Made by a program: the position numbers and the translations under genes. From assembly GCF_009914755.1 (NCBI RefSeq), contig NC_060938.1: a DNA stretch of 64,000 nucleotides, one strand, 5' to 3'. The notes below the pieces were generated by a model that saw only the letters and a list, made by a program, of their open reading frames with translations, was not told the DNA's origin and ran no database searches. Shown piece after piece: positions 28,852 to 42,544 of this stretch; the first letter of the stretch is position 1, and each line of letters opens with the position of its first letter. The DNA comes from the human T2T-CHM13v2.0 reference genome, Homo sapiens.

Positions 28852-29255
28852 TATTTTTATTTTTAAACTTTATTTTAGGTTCAGGGATACATGTGCAGGT
28901 TTGTTATATAGGTAAATTGCATGTCATGGGGATTTCATGTGCAGATTCTTTCATCACCCAGGTAATAAGTATAGTATCCGATCAGTAATTTCTCAATCTT
29001 CACTCTCCTACCATCCTCTACCCTCAAGCAAGTCCCTGTGTCTGTTGTTCTGTTTGTGTCCATATGTACTCAGTGTTTAGCTACCACTTATAAGAGAGAA
29101 CATGTGGCATTTTGTTTACTCTTCCTGTGTTAGTTCACTTAGAATAATGGCCTCCAGCTCCAACCATGTTGCTGCGAAGGATGTGACTTTGTTCTTTGTT
29201 ATGGTCACATGGTATTCCATGGTATGTGTGTGTGTCTGTATTATATATGTACACA
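28852..29255 (-). mobile_element. L1PA15/16-like 3' end
   Basis: 'aacttttattttaggttcagggatacatgtgcaggtttgttatataggtaa'. Confidence 0.88.
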
Positions 29256-29558
29256 TTTTTTTCTTTTTTTTTTTGAGTTGAAGTCTCGCTCTGTCACCTA
29301 AGCTGGAGAACAGTGGCACAATCTCGGCTCACGGTGATCTCTGCCTCCTAGGTTCAAGCAATTCTCCTGATTCACCGTCCCAAGAAGCTGGGACTACAGG
29401 CTCAAGCCACCATGCCCGGCTAATTTTTGTATTTTTACTAGAGATGGGGTTTCACCATATTGGTCAGGGTAGTCTCAAACCCCTGACCTCAAGTGATCCG
29501 CCTGCCTCAGCCTCCCAAAGTGCTGGGGTTACAGGTGTGAACCACCACACACCCGGCC
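29256..29558 (-). mobile_element. AluS (Sz/Sx-like)
   Basis: Full antisense dimer. Confidence 0.95.
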
Positions 29559-29855
29559 ACATCAAAACAGCACCCAAACTCAGCCACAACTTTGCTCCAA
29601 AATAGGAGTGGGTGCTGGGAGCAGGGAGAGGCCAGGCAGCAGGAGCAGGCATTCTGGGACCCTGAGAGTACAGGGATGCCCAGGTCTGTAGCTGCAGCCA
29701 GGAGGGCAGGGCTCCCACCCCGCCAAGTAGAAGGCGGCTCCTGCCTGTTCCTGGCCCTTGCTGGCTCCATGGAGTGCACAGCCCCTGGTGGCACCTCCCT
29801 TGCTGCAGCCAGTGTCTTTGAAGTGGCAGCTCCAGAAAGCCTGTTGCTGCCATCA
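29559..29855 (-). mobile_element. MER52-family (ERV1) LTR, 5' ~300 bp only
   Basis: Minus strand starts TGATGGCAGCAACAGGC..., resembling the recalled MER52 5' end; GC-rich. Confidence 0.75.
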
Positions 29856-32800
29856 ATACAAATATATCTTTGTCTCTTAAGCACATAATAAGATATTTTA
29901 CTTTACATTATTGTGACTTATCATGACCTATATGTAGTGATTTCATGATTAATTAATGTAATTGTAACTTTTATATATGTGAGATAACATATTCCAAGTA
30001 GAATACAAGTAGTCTGAGACTATGTGACAAAAAATAAGAACATTATGTATGTTCACATTTCCTTATACTGTTTGTACAATATCTCTTTGTTCTTTCACTA
30101 TTTAATGTTGGAAAATATTTACCTTGAGTTTTTTGCTATATCGGTTTTCAGTTTTTTTATTAAAAAATAGATTTAAGATAAAAAACATTATGAAGTGATT
30201 TTCACCATCATATCAGTTTGACCTTTTCAATATTCCACGTCTTGATTGAGTAGTCATTCAGTTCACTCCCTGAATGTTAGTGTAGACATGGGAGAACCAG
30301 TTAATTAGAATACATTGTTTCAAAGGTCACAGAGTATTTTTCAATATATTGTTTTACATTAAATATTGAGAAATACATAAAAAGTAAATGCTAATATTTG
30401 CTTTGCTTTAATATGAGTAGGAAGGAAATTTTTGAATACATATATACACTAAATGATAGTATAACCATGTATATATCTGCCCACGTTTCTGTATATGCAG
30501 TCTGATTACATTAAACTAAATAGAAATATACACTGAAAGCTCTATGAATGATAAATTAAATAATATGTAAACTACTTTCTATATTTAAAATATTCAAATA
30601 TATTAAGTATATTTATAATAAAGTAGTATTAATTAATACTGCATTACGTATTTCTCATTTGCTAGAGACTATTATTCAACTAAACAAGGAGGCCTAGACT
30701 ACTGATGAACTCCAGTTTCAAAATGAGAATGTGAGTGGATAAGCCAAACATTTTTAAGCATTCAAGTACTGCTAATAATAATTGTGGAACAAAGCTGACA
30801 ATAAAAAAATAAACATATAAAATCACATATTGTAGCTTGTATTTGTTCATAGCATTCGTAATGCATTTCTAGGTTTGCTGTCTTGGAGATAATTGTTCAT
30901 GAGAGTCAGTGAGTTGGAAAGCTCAGAAAATTCTTTGGAAAGTACATCCAGGATAGGAAGAGACACTGGAGAGGGAGACTAAGGGTATGAAGCAATATTT
31001 ATATCTCATGTTGCATGGTTATTTTAGATAATCAACTTTATGGAGGCTAGCCAACTACTGACAGATTCTAGTGCTAGAAAAGAAAATACCTACCAAAATA
31101 TAAACTGCTTTCACAGGCTTTTATTTTGTAATAATCTAGATTATCTTTATTATGAATGTTCTTTCAAGTGCATGTTGATTTAGTGTTTATATGAGATTTC
31201 AGACTCTTTACAACTATTTCATACTGAATCCAGGTTATATTAAAAAAGATTAAACTATATTACAAAGAAAAAGTCTTTGTGGTAGCAAAGTAGTATACAT
31301 TATAGAAAAAAAATCATGTAATTGTAACTGTCTCTTTGTTGCCATTGTGCTATATATAGAATATATACACTTTGGATATTTAAATTACACCAGTATTTCA
31401 TGTGTTTATAATAGGTTATTTGAATATTTATGCATTCATTATATATCTATTATTTTCCTCCATGAGTTTTAGAGTCTGATAAAACTGTCACAGTATTCTC
31501 AGCTGAAATGAATAAATAAGTGATTGCTCAAGATCTTTTTCATTCTGTAAGGATATTAAAATTTTTAATATTTATCTTCACCCAAAAAGCAGCTGAAATT
31601 CATTGTGATCCTAATATGATGAGATTCTCAAGTTTGCTGTTTCAAATTCATCAAGACTTGATCTAGTATCACTGAACTGTATGTCTGGAATTAGTTTTAT
31701 GTAAAAGAAAACTAAATAAATGAGTAAATTAAACCCAAATGCTTTTATTTCTGCTAAATGACCATTGCAAAATTAAAATATCAGACATTAAAATGAATTC
31801 AGTACATTCACCTCTTCTTAGCAACTTAAATGCATCCAGAAATAATAAACTGTCAAGCACATTTAGAATAGGAGTGTAAAATATCTGATAATCTTCTCCT
31901 CCATAAAGGCTTGGAGAACATTGAAAAAATTTGTGAACATTAAATTTTTCAGAACAGGAATTTCCCAAATACTGGCAATAATCCAAGAACCACTAAATAA
32001 ATAAAAATGGCCAATTCTTTGTTAGAAAGTTGAATCTGGTAATATTGTAATAAGCCCTGTCTCCTATTTTTCCTCACCTCAGCTAGACAGCAGCCCTTGC
32101 AAACCAGTAACCTAACACAAGAGGGAAGAAGATGGGTTTGGAGCTCCCCCAGAGATTTGTCTCACAGAATAGAGCTCCAGTTCTGTCTGGAGCTTCATTC
32201 ACTGCGCTTATATTTATTTTATCTGACTTGGATACACAGCTAATGGAAAAGCCTTATTTACAGAGCATTTGTCAAACCAGTGGCAAGTGTTTAATATTTC
32301 ATCAGCTTGAGGTGGCAATACCAGTTGGGGCAAATAAGAAATTGGTCATAACACTTAAAAGAAAAATCTGGAGGATAAAATGTTCATGTAATCCCCGAAA
32401 AAGCTCTAATATATTCTTAAGAGTGTAGAAGTCAATGAATACTTACAGAGTATACCTAGAAAGGCCCTAATCTCTCAACTCTGGTTGACTTAAAGCCCTA
32501 TGTGACAAGAAAATAAAGGCCAAGGCAGAGTTATAAACTGTCAGAGAATGAAAATTTTGCCTTAAAACATACACAGAATCCCTTGGCAAACACTAGGTGA
32601 CTTAGTGTTTCAAGATGAATAAGAAAATCTGCCCACTAATTTGCTGCCACTAAGCTAATCAATCAGAGGCTTCAGTAGCCACAAAAGGAAAAAAATACAG
32701 TCTTTACAGAATTATTGCAAGATGTTCAATATGCAAACTACAGCAAGAGCAACAACAAGAATAAACTGTAAGAATAACAAATCCTGCAAGGGACTTGATC

Positions 32801-34130
32801 TGATTTACAGATTTGCTCCATTAAATTATTTAAATATTCAGTTTTCAACACCAATAAGAAATTATTAGGCATGAAAAAAGAAATCAGGAAATTATGCTTC
32901 ATATACAGGAAAGAAAAACTTACCCAACATGAAGAAAGCCAGATTTTCTATTTATCATACTAAGATTTTGAATCAGCCATAATAAATATGCTCATAGAAT
33001 TAAAAGAAAGCATTAGAATAATGTTTCACCAAATAGAGAACAAAAAGATATAAATATAACCAAAACTATAGAGTTTAAAAATTAAAATAATTACAATAAA
33101 AAATCATTAGACAGACTTAAGAGCAGGCTTAACATTTCAGAAGAACCAGTAAAGTTGAAAAAAAGTCACCCGAAATTACCCAAACTGAGAAACAATGGTA
33201 AAATAATGTAGAAAAGTAAGCAGAACCTCAGAAAACTGTGGAAAACCATCAATTTCATAAAATGTATGCAAAGGATTAAAAAGAGAGAAGGGACAAAAAC
33301 AGTATTTGAAAAAATAATGGCCAAAAACTTTCTAAATTTGATGAAAATTATGACGATACACATCAAAGAAGCTCAATGAACTTCAAGTAGCATAAACTCA
33401 AATAGATCCATCTCTAAACACATCATAATGAAATATCAATAGCCAAAGGCAAAAAGAAAATCTTGATAGCAAGAAGAGGCAAACAACCCATCACATACAA
33501 GGAATCACTACAAATATTTACACCTGAAATAATGTAAGAAGTCATGGAATCTAGAAACGAATGGTATAACATATTAAAAATACTGAAAGGAGAAAAACCC
33601 ATCTACCTATAATTGCATAGCCAGCAAAACTATAGTTTAAAAATAAAGGAGAAATAAGAAATTTCCAAATAAGCAAAAACTGTGAAACTTTGTTGTTGGT
33701 AGACTTGCTTTTACAAAATACTAAAAGTAACTCTTCAAATTGAAATGAAAAGACACTAAACAGAAACTCAAATCCACACAATGAAATAAAGGACATAGGT
33801 ACATGTAAATAAACAGGTAAATAAAACTAAAGTATACAAATATTTTGGTTCGTTTTACTGTTTGCCTTCATCTTATTTAAATGACAACTACATTAAAAAT
33901 AATTACAAATGTGTTTATAGGCTTATAAATGCATAAAATTGCAATCTGTTTAAAGACAATAAGATGATGCAGGGGGAGAGATCTGAACTATAATATGTAA
34001 ATATTTTCAATACTATTGAGATTGTTAGTATTATTATGAACTTGATTGTTTTAAATTAAGATGTTAATTGTAATTCCCAGTGATACAACTAAGAAAATAA
34101 CTCAAAAATATGCTAAAAGAAAGAAAATGG

Positions 34131-34428
34131 GGCTGGGTATGGTGGCTCATGCCTATAATCCCGGCACTTTGGGAGGCTGAGATGGGCAAATCACTTGAGG
34201 CCAGGAGTTTGAGACTACCCTGGCCAACATGCCAAAACCCTGTCTCCACTAAAAATACAAAAATTAGCCAGCCATGGTGATGCACGGCTGTATCAGCTAC
34301 TCAGGAATCTGAGGAACAAGAATTGCTTGAACCTGGGAGGCAAAGGTTGCAGTGAGCCGAGACTGGCCACTGCACTCCAGCCTGGCTGACAAAGTGACAC
34401 CAAAACAAAACAAAACAAAACAAAAAAA
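34131..34428 (+). mobile_element. Alu (J or early S)
   Basis: Full dimer with (AAAAC)n tail. Confidence 0.93.
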
Positions 34429-34477
34429 GGGAATAAAAATGGTGAAGTGGGGAATATTTATTCTAAACAAAAGACAT

Positions 34478-34650
34478 TTGTCCAAGTGTGTTGTTGTGTG
34501 CCTGAAGTCCCAGCTACATGGTAGGCTGAGGTAGGAGAATCACTTGGGCCCAGGAGTTCAAGGTTGTAGTGAGCCATGCTCATGCAACTGCAGTCTGGGC
34601 TACAGAGAGAGAACTCGTCTCAAAAAATGAAATAAAACAAATAAATAAAA
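34478..34650 (+). mobile_element. FRAM / AluJ right monomer
   Basis: 'cacttgggcccaggagttcaaggttgtagtgagccatg'. Confidence 0.85.
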
Positions 34651-34792
34651 CCAAAGAAGGCAGCTTTAATGTTCTAATTGACTCAGTTTTGCTATGATAA
34701 TATGAAACCTCACTATTAGGAGAACTAAGTACAATTTTAAAAGGAGGGTCCCTGAAAAATTACTATCAAATGAAATACAATTTGACTCCACT

Positions 34793-37677
34793 GACTGTGA
34801 ATTTGATTCTGTCATCATAATGCTTGCTGGTTATTTTGCAGACTTATTTATGTGGTTGCCTCACAGTGTCACTGGTCTGTGTATTCACTGTGTTTTTGCA
34901 GTGGCTGGTAAAGTTTTTTCCTTTCCGTATTTAGTGCTTTTTTCAGGAACTCTTGCAAAGCAGGTCTGGTGGTAACAAATACCCTCACTTCTTTGCATTT
35001 GCTTGTCTGAAAAGGATCTTATTTCTTTTTCACTTATGAAGCTTAGTTTGTCCAGATATGAAATAAATTCTAGGTTGGAAATTATTTTCTTTTAGAATGT
35101 TGAATACTGGCCCCCAATCTCTTCTGAACTGTGGGGTTTCTGCTGAGAGGTCCACTGTTAGTCTGCTGGGCTTCCCTTTGTAGGTGACCTGAACTTTCTC
35201 TCTGGCTGTCCTCAACTTTTTTTTCTTTCTTTTTGACCTCAGAGAATCTAATGATTATTTTTCTTGTGGATGATCTTCTTGTGGAGTATCTTATTGAGGT
35301 TCTCTGCATTTCTTGAATTTTAGTGTTGGCCTGTCCTTCTAGGTTAACAAAGTTCTCCTGAATGATACACTGATGTATGTTTTCCAACTTGGTTCCATTC
35401 TCCTCATCTCTTTCAGATACCCTGATCAGTCATAGATTCAGTCTTTTTACATAATCCCATATTTCTCCAAGGGTTTTTTCATGCCTCTTCATTCGTTATT
35501 CTCTATTATTGTCCGCCTGTCTTATTTCAGAATGATAGTTTCCAAGTTCTGAGATTCTCTCCTCCGCTTGGTCTATTCTGCTACTGATACTTGTGATTGC
35601 ATTGTGAAGTTCTTGTAATACATTTTTCAACTCTAACAAGTCAGTTATATTCCTCTCTAAACTGGCTATTGTGATGGTCAGCACCTGTACTGTTTTATAA
35701 TAATTCTTAGCTTCTTTGAGTTGTTTTGCAACATGCTCCTTTAGTTCAGGAAAGTTCATTGTTAGCCAACCTTCTGAAGATGATACCCATGCCTCCCTCT
35801 GGGACTCCATCAGGTCTTAGGGAGGGTCCACACTGTTGCTGGTAGCTGGCTGGAATTTGAAACCAATGTATCTTATCTTGTGAGGTGCTGTGGAATTGGG
35901 GCTAAGCCCCTGCTGGAAAAGTATTATGTTCATTTGGAGAAAAAGGGGTACTCTGGCTTTTTGAGTTTTCAGCCTTTTTGTGATTCTTTCTCATCTTTCT
36001 GAGCTTATCTACCTTCAATCTTTGAGGTTGCTGATCTTTGGAGAGTTCTTTTGTGTGTGTGTTTGGGGGGGGGTTTCTATTGCCATGGTTATTGTTTTAG
36101 GTTCGTTTTTCTTCGAACATTCTGGTCACTCTTCCATAGGGTTGTTGCAGTTTGCTGGGGCTCTGCTCCAGACCCTAGTTGCCTTAGTTTTTCCATACCT
36201 GGAGGTATCACCAGTGAAGGGTATGAAATAGCATAGATGACAGCATGCCCCTTCCTTTGGAAGTTCTGTCCCAGGGGGGTACTGACCTATTGCCTGCCTG
36301 AATTGCACCTGCAGTAGGTGGCCAGAGACCCTGGTTTAGAGGGCTTACTTTGGAAGAACAGGATCTGCAACCCACTTAAAAAGGTATTCTGGCAGTTTTT
36401 TGGTAGAGCGGCTTTACTGTTTTGGGGATTCCTTCATCTCCCCATCAGTTTGGATTCTCCAAGGCCCACAGGCTTAACAGGTTGAAAAGCCCAAGTGGTC
36501 CAGGAGGTGGCCTTCCCTGCTCCTCAAATGCTTCATCCCAGAGAGAAACACGAGCTCTGTCTGCCCCACAGAATACAGGTCAGGTGGCTGGAAGCCCCGA
36601 CTGGGAGGACCTGGCCGGGAGAAACCAATCCACGAGAAGGAGTAAATCACTTAAAGGAGCAGTCTGTCCATGCCTCAAGAAAAGAGCTGTATTGTGGTGG
36701 GGGAACCGTGTCATGGTGGGGAACTGCCTCTGCCCCTGTTGGGGAGGAGGTTGGTTGGAAGAACTGAGTCATCCAACCAACCCAGGTGGCCACCCTCCCT
36801 GCCCCCAGGCACTCCTTCCCAGGGAGAGATCAGAGCTCTGTCCCTAATAAGTGCAGGTGGACATGGCTGGAGGGCCTGGCTGGGAGGTTTCACCCAGTGA
36901 GCAGAAATGTATCAGGGTCCCACTTAAAGAAGCAGTCTCGCTATGATCTGGCAAATCCACTGTACTGTGCTGATGGGGGGACCTTTCCTTGTCTGGACCA
37001 TTTGGATTCTCCAAATGCTGCAGGCTGGAACGATTGAGTCAACCAAATGGCAGAGATGATACCCATGCCTCCCTCTGGGACTCCATCAGGTCTTAGGGAG
37101 GGTCCACACTATTGCTGGTAGCTGGCTGGAATTTGAAACCAATGTGTCTTATCTTGTGAGGTGCTGTGGAATTGGGGCCAGAAGAATGATGCTACTTGGA
37201 TCCCTGGATTCCACCTCTTTCCTATGTGTGGGCCTCCCGCCTTACCTGAGTTACAGACATGTTTGCTGAGGATCCCAGGGCCAGATTATGTAAAGTTCCT
37301 GGGTCTCCGTGTGTGCCTGAGCAGCAGCTCTGCCAAGACTCCACACGGCTCTGTGTGTTGGACCAAACACTCTGGTGGGGTTTGCTCACAAGGGTATCTC
37401 CTGATCCATGGGTTGCAAAGATCTGTGGGAGAAGCGTGGTTTCCTGGGGTTACACAATCACTCACCACTTCCCTTGGCTCCGTGTCACTCCTGGGTGGGC
37501 TGTCTCTCCACCATGCTTTTCTTCATTTTCTGTGTGTCAAGTTGTTCCCCTAATCAGTCTCAATGAGAGAACCTGGATATTTTAGTTGAAGGTACTGTAT
37601 TCATTCACCCATTTTGTTCCCATCCATGAATGCTGCAGACTGCAGCTGCTTCTAATCAGCCATCTTGGCCCCTCCCC
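34793..37677 (-). mobile_element. L1PB- or L1PA13-16-type 5'UTR plus ORF1, lacking ORF2 and the 3' end
   Basis: Minus-strand start 'ggggaggggccaagatggctgattagaagcagc'; ORF1-like peptides (QVTYKGKP; SRIDQAEERISEL). Confidence 0.9.
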
Positions 37678-38694
37678 TTCTATTTTTCTTTTTCCTTTTT
37701 GTACTTTTGTTCTTTTTGCATACTTGATTATTTTGATTGGCTGTTAAACACTTCGTCTGACCATGTGTAGCATTCATTTGAGGATCTAAATGATGCTATA
37801 TTCTTCCCAAAAGAAGTGATATTTTCTTTTGGCCAGGAGTTATGATAAGGTCGCATTAACTTTTTTGAATCAATAATTGAATTGATTTAAATCTGAAGTT
37901 TAATATTTGTTAGTGCTGAGCTTTTGAATGGATTGCTATCCACTCTACAATGTGGCCCTTTTTGACGTATCCTAAACTCTGATTTTCATTTTCTAAGCCC
38001 CAGGTGATGGTTGAAAGCCCTATTCAGACTTTCATGCCCCTGCATTCATGCTAGCAAATGCGAGGAGAAAAGCCACATAAATATTTTACACTCCCCCCAG
38101 TACACTCACTTTTACTCTAGTATCTCAACTCACCATATCCTCCCTGTTTAGTCTTCTGATATCTTCCCCATGCCAATTTCACTTTTAAGTATTGTTCATA
38201 TTTCCTAGCAAATTCTTCTAGGTGGTAAGGCTAACGTAAATAACCAAAAGCAAAACCAAAATCACACAAAAACTAAGTTCAACCCTGCTATGAGAGGAAA
38301 TTGGTATATGAATATATCATTATATTAATATAATGAATAGACCATCGGGATAACATTTTATATTTCATTTATATTAAACTATCAGTCTTAAAATATGCCA
38401 TTTATAAAAATAAATATTTTAAAATATATCTTAATGTTTAAGGTGAGCTAAGAAAATAGGTAATTTTATATGCTTTTGGGAATTAAGTGTTCTATATTCT
38501 TCAAGATCTATGCCCAGAATTAAACTGTGCTTTATATTGGACTGCCTTCATAAAAATAAATACTCAAATATGCTATTATCTTAATTACATCATATTAGTG
38601 TATTATAATGAATACAATGGAATGATATACATTCATAAAGTTATATTTATATGAAACTTTAAATGTAATCAGAACATTCTAATTATAGAGTGTT

Positions 38695-38845
38695 TATTGG
38701 GAAAAAAACTACCTACTGTGTATAATGTACACTACTCAGGTGATGGGCACGCTAAAAATTCTAGATTTTACCATTGTAAAATTTATCCATGTAACCAGGA
38801 ATCATTTGCACCCCTAAAGTTACTGAAATAAAAAAAATAAAAAGA
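38695..38845 (+). mobile_element. Short L1PB-like 3' terminus
   Basis: 'aatgtacactactcaggtgatggg...atccatgtaacca...cccctaaagttactgaaataaaa'. Confidence 0.8.
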
Positions 38846-39899
38846 AATGTATAATTGCAATAAACATAAAAATATGGCATATTATTCTAGAAATGACTAT
38901 ATAATAACATATTAAATATTCTCCACTTAATATGTTCTCAAAATGTTAATAATCTCTTATCAATTTAGGCTATTCTACTGCAGTGAGAAGAATATTTTAT
39001 TTGTTAAACAACTCTAATATATATGTCAGACTTTGGATAAGGAATATTAATATTTATATTGATTTTTCAACAACTAAAGTCAATATTAAACATATTAATA
39101 GATAATAAATAAGGTAAACTATGTTATAGTAACTTAGAGTAAGGGCAAGCTAAAAAACATTGTGCCAATCATTTATTCCATTTGAATCCTCAATGGCTTT
39201 ATGTGACAAATTTATTTTAAATATTATATATTATCTAAACTGTATAATCTATTGTCTTAGATTTACATGGTAACTTTAATTTTGAGAACTTAAAGTCATA
39301 TATATACATATATATAATTTTCTATAAAGACTAAACTCTTTCTTCAAATATTATATTACATTTTTTCTTACAAGCAAATAAAGCACCATTTCCATTTCTT
39401 TCTGTTCTTAACAGGTGAAAATGACAGCAAAATCAATAAAGAGAATTGTAAGGTCAGTATGAAGAACATTCCCAGTTCAGATCTTAATTTCAAGAACAAT
39501 TTGCCATGACATCTGTGTAGTGTCTTCATGGAAGTTTAGCAGATCTGACAGCTAATTAATTATAAAGCAAGACTAGAGACTGGACATAGTGCTAGCAGAG
39601 GAGAATTCATCTCTTATGTCAACACGTTTCAGTATATTCATTTTCTTAAGCCTGAAAGACATACCCCTAGTAAATCATTGTTTATCTTTAAGCTCTAAAA
39701 GGAAATCGAACATGACATAAACAATTACCAAGATATTATCAGAGAAATGCATTCTCAAAAGAAATACAAGAATACATTAGAGCTAGGTGACATCTAAGAT
39801 TTCCCTGTTTTTGTGTAAATTTTTCAAATGTCTAAAATTACTTCTTCAAATATCATGAGAGAAATACAAAAATACCAATAAGAATCTAAGTACATATGT

Positions 39900-39922
39900 G
39901 TATATATATATATATATATATA
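39900..39922. repeat. (TA)n microsatellite
   Basis: Directly visible. Confidence 0.95.
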
Positions 39923-41757
39923 ATCATGAATTAAATATGGATACAAAAGCATAGATTATGATTTAAAAACACAAAGTTCAAGGTAATAGTATTATCAATT
40001 AAATAGAAAAACTTTACTGATAAGAATTTATTCTCTATTGTAAGTAATTCAGAATTGTTTATCATTTAAGTTAAAACTCTATATTTATATATCTATGCAT
40101 AAGTTAAAACAAAACAATAAACAAAAAATTGCTATGCTCAAATTTTTTTAGTACTATATTCTATTACAAATAAAAGCACATATTTCGTTTCCTGTCCATA
40201 GTGTAAGCAGGTTGGTAGTTGGCACTTTGTCCTAAAACTAAGTAAAAAGTGGAACTAACTAAAAACAACCAAACAAAACAAAACAAAACAAAGAAAAATG
40301 ACTTTTCTAAGATATCTTAGAGAAGGAAGGTCACAGGACAAACTGCTGGCACCAAAATTGGAGATACCAACAGTTGAATACAAAGAATCTCAACTTACTG
40401 GAATGGAACTGACCAGCAGAAACTTCCTTTGAAGCTACTGCCAGGGTAAGCATGCCTATACAGTAATCAGCAAATTGCTGGAGGGTCTGTGTGGACAAGT
40501 CTGGGGGATAAAATCTCTAGTCATGAGGAGACACCCAACTTTTCATGGTTTTCCCCCAAGAGCTCTACCAGTTTCTCACAGTGAATACTGGAAAAAAGTT
40601 TCCTCATGCTTCTGGCAGGGGGTAAAGAATAAAAAAAAAAATCTTTGAAATCTGCTACAGCATTCTGTTTTTAACAAAGTCTGCCCTCAAGAGAAATCGT
40701 TTAACCAGAGATAAACCTGATGAGGATTTATTAGTGCCTAACTGACCTGGGAGGATGAGAAGAGCCAGCTCTAGCAAACTCTAACCTTCCATGTGAATGA
40801 AGAAAATATAAAACTCCAGCCCACTCTAGCCACCCTGTCCTACTCAAGTTGGGTGGGAGAAACTGAGAAACACTGGTGAAGTTCATAGTCCAGAGGTAAA
40901 AGTTTATTAAGTGCCTGAGACCTAATCAAAATGCTATGAAATGATTCACTTTGTTCCACATATTATCACTACATTACTAAAGACCTACTTACAATTTTCT
41001 TTTACTCAGTACAGCATGTCTGGATAGCAAGAACAAACTCACAAGGCATACTAAAAGGCAAAAACACAGTTTGAAGAAACAGAACAAGCACTACAATTGG
41101 ACTCAGATACAGCAGGGATGTTGAAATTATCAGACTGAGTTTTTAAAACAACTATGATTACTATACTAAAAACCTTAATTGATAATGCAAATAGCATGCA
41201 AAAACAGAAGAGCAATGTAAGCAGAGAGATAGAAATTCTAAGAAAAAAATAAAGAAATACTAGAAATAAAAAGCAGTGTAAAAGAAACAAAAAATGTCTT
41301 AGGCTTACTAGTAGATTGAACAGAGTTAAAAAAAGAATCTCTGAGGTTTAGAATATCTCAATAAAAACTGTTCAAACTAAAAGTCTAACAGAAAAAAGAC
41401 AAAAAAAAAACCCCACCAAAACAGAATATCGAACAACTATGAAATAACTGAAGACATAGTATATAATTAATTGAAATACCAGAAAGAGAAAAAAATAAAA
41501 AACAGAAGAAATATTCAAAGCATTAATGACTGAGAATGTATAGAAATTAATGTCAGAAACCAAGCCATTGATCCAGGAAGAGCATGGAATACCAAGCAGA
41601 ATAAATGCCTACCCCCACCAAAAAACAAAAGAAGAGAAAATAAAAGAAAAAACACCACCTACACATCTCATATTCAAACTTCAAAAAATCAAGATAAAGA
41701 AAAAAAATCTAAACGTAAGTCACAGTGAGGAAAAAAATTGTACAATTATAAAAGCAT

Positions 41758-42064
41758 GGCTGGGCGCAGTGGCTCATGCCTGTAATCCCAGCACTTTGGG
41801 AGGCCGAGGCAGGCAGATTACTTGAGGTCAGGAGCTCGAGACCAGCTAGGCCAACATGGAGAAACCCCATTTCTACTGAAAATACAAAAATTAGCCAGGC
41901 ACGGTGGCAGGCACCTGTAATCCCAGCTACTTGGGCTGAGGCTGAGGCAGGAGAATTGCTGGAACTTGGGAAGTGGAGGTTTCAGTGAGCTGAGATTGTG
42001 TCATTACACTCCAGCCTGAGCGAGAAGAGCAAAACTCTGCCTCAAAAATAAAAATTAAAAAAAA
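41758..42064 (+). mobile_element. AluSx-like
   Basis: Full dimer; TSD aaaagcat. Confidence 0.93.
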
Positions 42065-42499
42065 GCATAAACAGGAATTACATTCAACTACTTCTGAGAA
42101 ATTATGTAAACAAAAAGAGAGTGGAGTGAACTACTTAAAATGTTGAGAGAAAACAAAAACAAAAAAAAAGCCCACCAACCTAGGATTCTATAACCTGTGA
42201 AATAATTGTTTAAAAAATGAAGGAGAAATTAAATATTTCCTCAGAAAAACCATATTGAGGAAATTTTTGTGCCAGTAGATAGATTAGCCTTTCAAAAAAT
42301 ATTTAAAAATTTCTTTAGAGAGGAAGAAATAATATGTATATATATAAAGATAATTGAATCTACACAAGGAATTCAAGAACATCAGAGAAGGAATAAGTGA
42401 AGATAAAATAAAAAGTTTTATATTTTTTTAATTTATGGAACAGTAAAATGTGTTTAAAATAGTAATAGCAACAATGTATATGATTATGTATGGTTATGC

Positions 42500-42501
<2 letters not shown>

Positions 42502-42540
<39 letters not shown>
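42502..42540. repeat. (CT)n(AT)n microsatellite
   Basis: Directly visible. Confidence 0.93.

Positions 42541-42544
<4 letters not shown>

Larger units (their letters stand above)
32060..34662 (+). mobile_element. Old L1M 5' region, ORF1 and inter-ORF segment, with Alu insertions
   Basis: 'aataatggccaaaaactttctaaatttgatgaaa', 'caaagaagctcaatgaacttcaagtag'. Confidence 0.78.

Noticed and set aside
29464-29888. GC-rich patch with overlapping ORFs, as a possible exon or CpG island
   Set aside because: Explained by the MER52 LTR and Alu; CpG-depleted.
36250-37600. GC-rich region with many ORFs and diverged ~270-bp repeats (cacttaaa motif at ~36373, 36648 and 36921)
   Set aside because: This is the 5'UTR of an old primate L1, whose monomer-like repeats are a family feature; only the 125-bp near-identical copy is anomalous.
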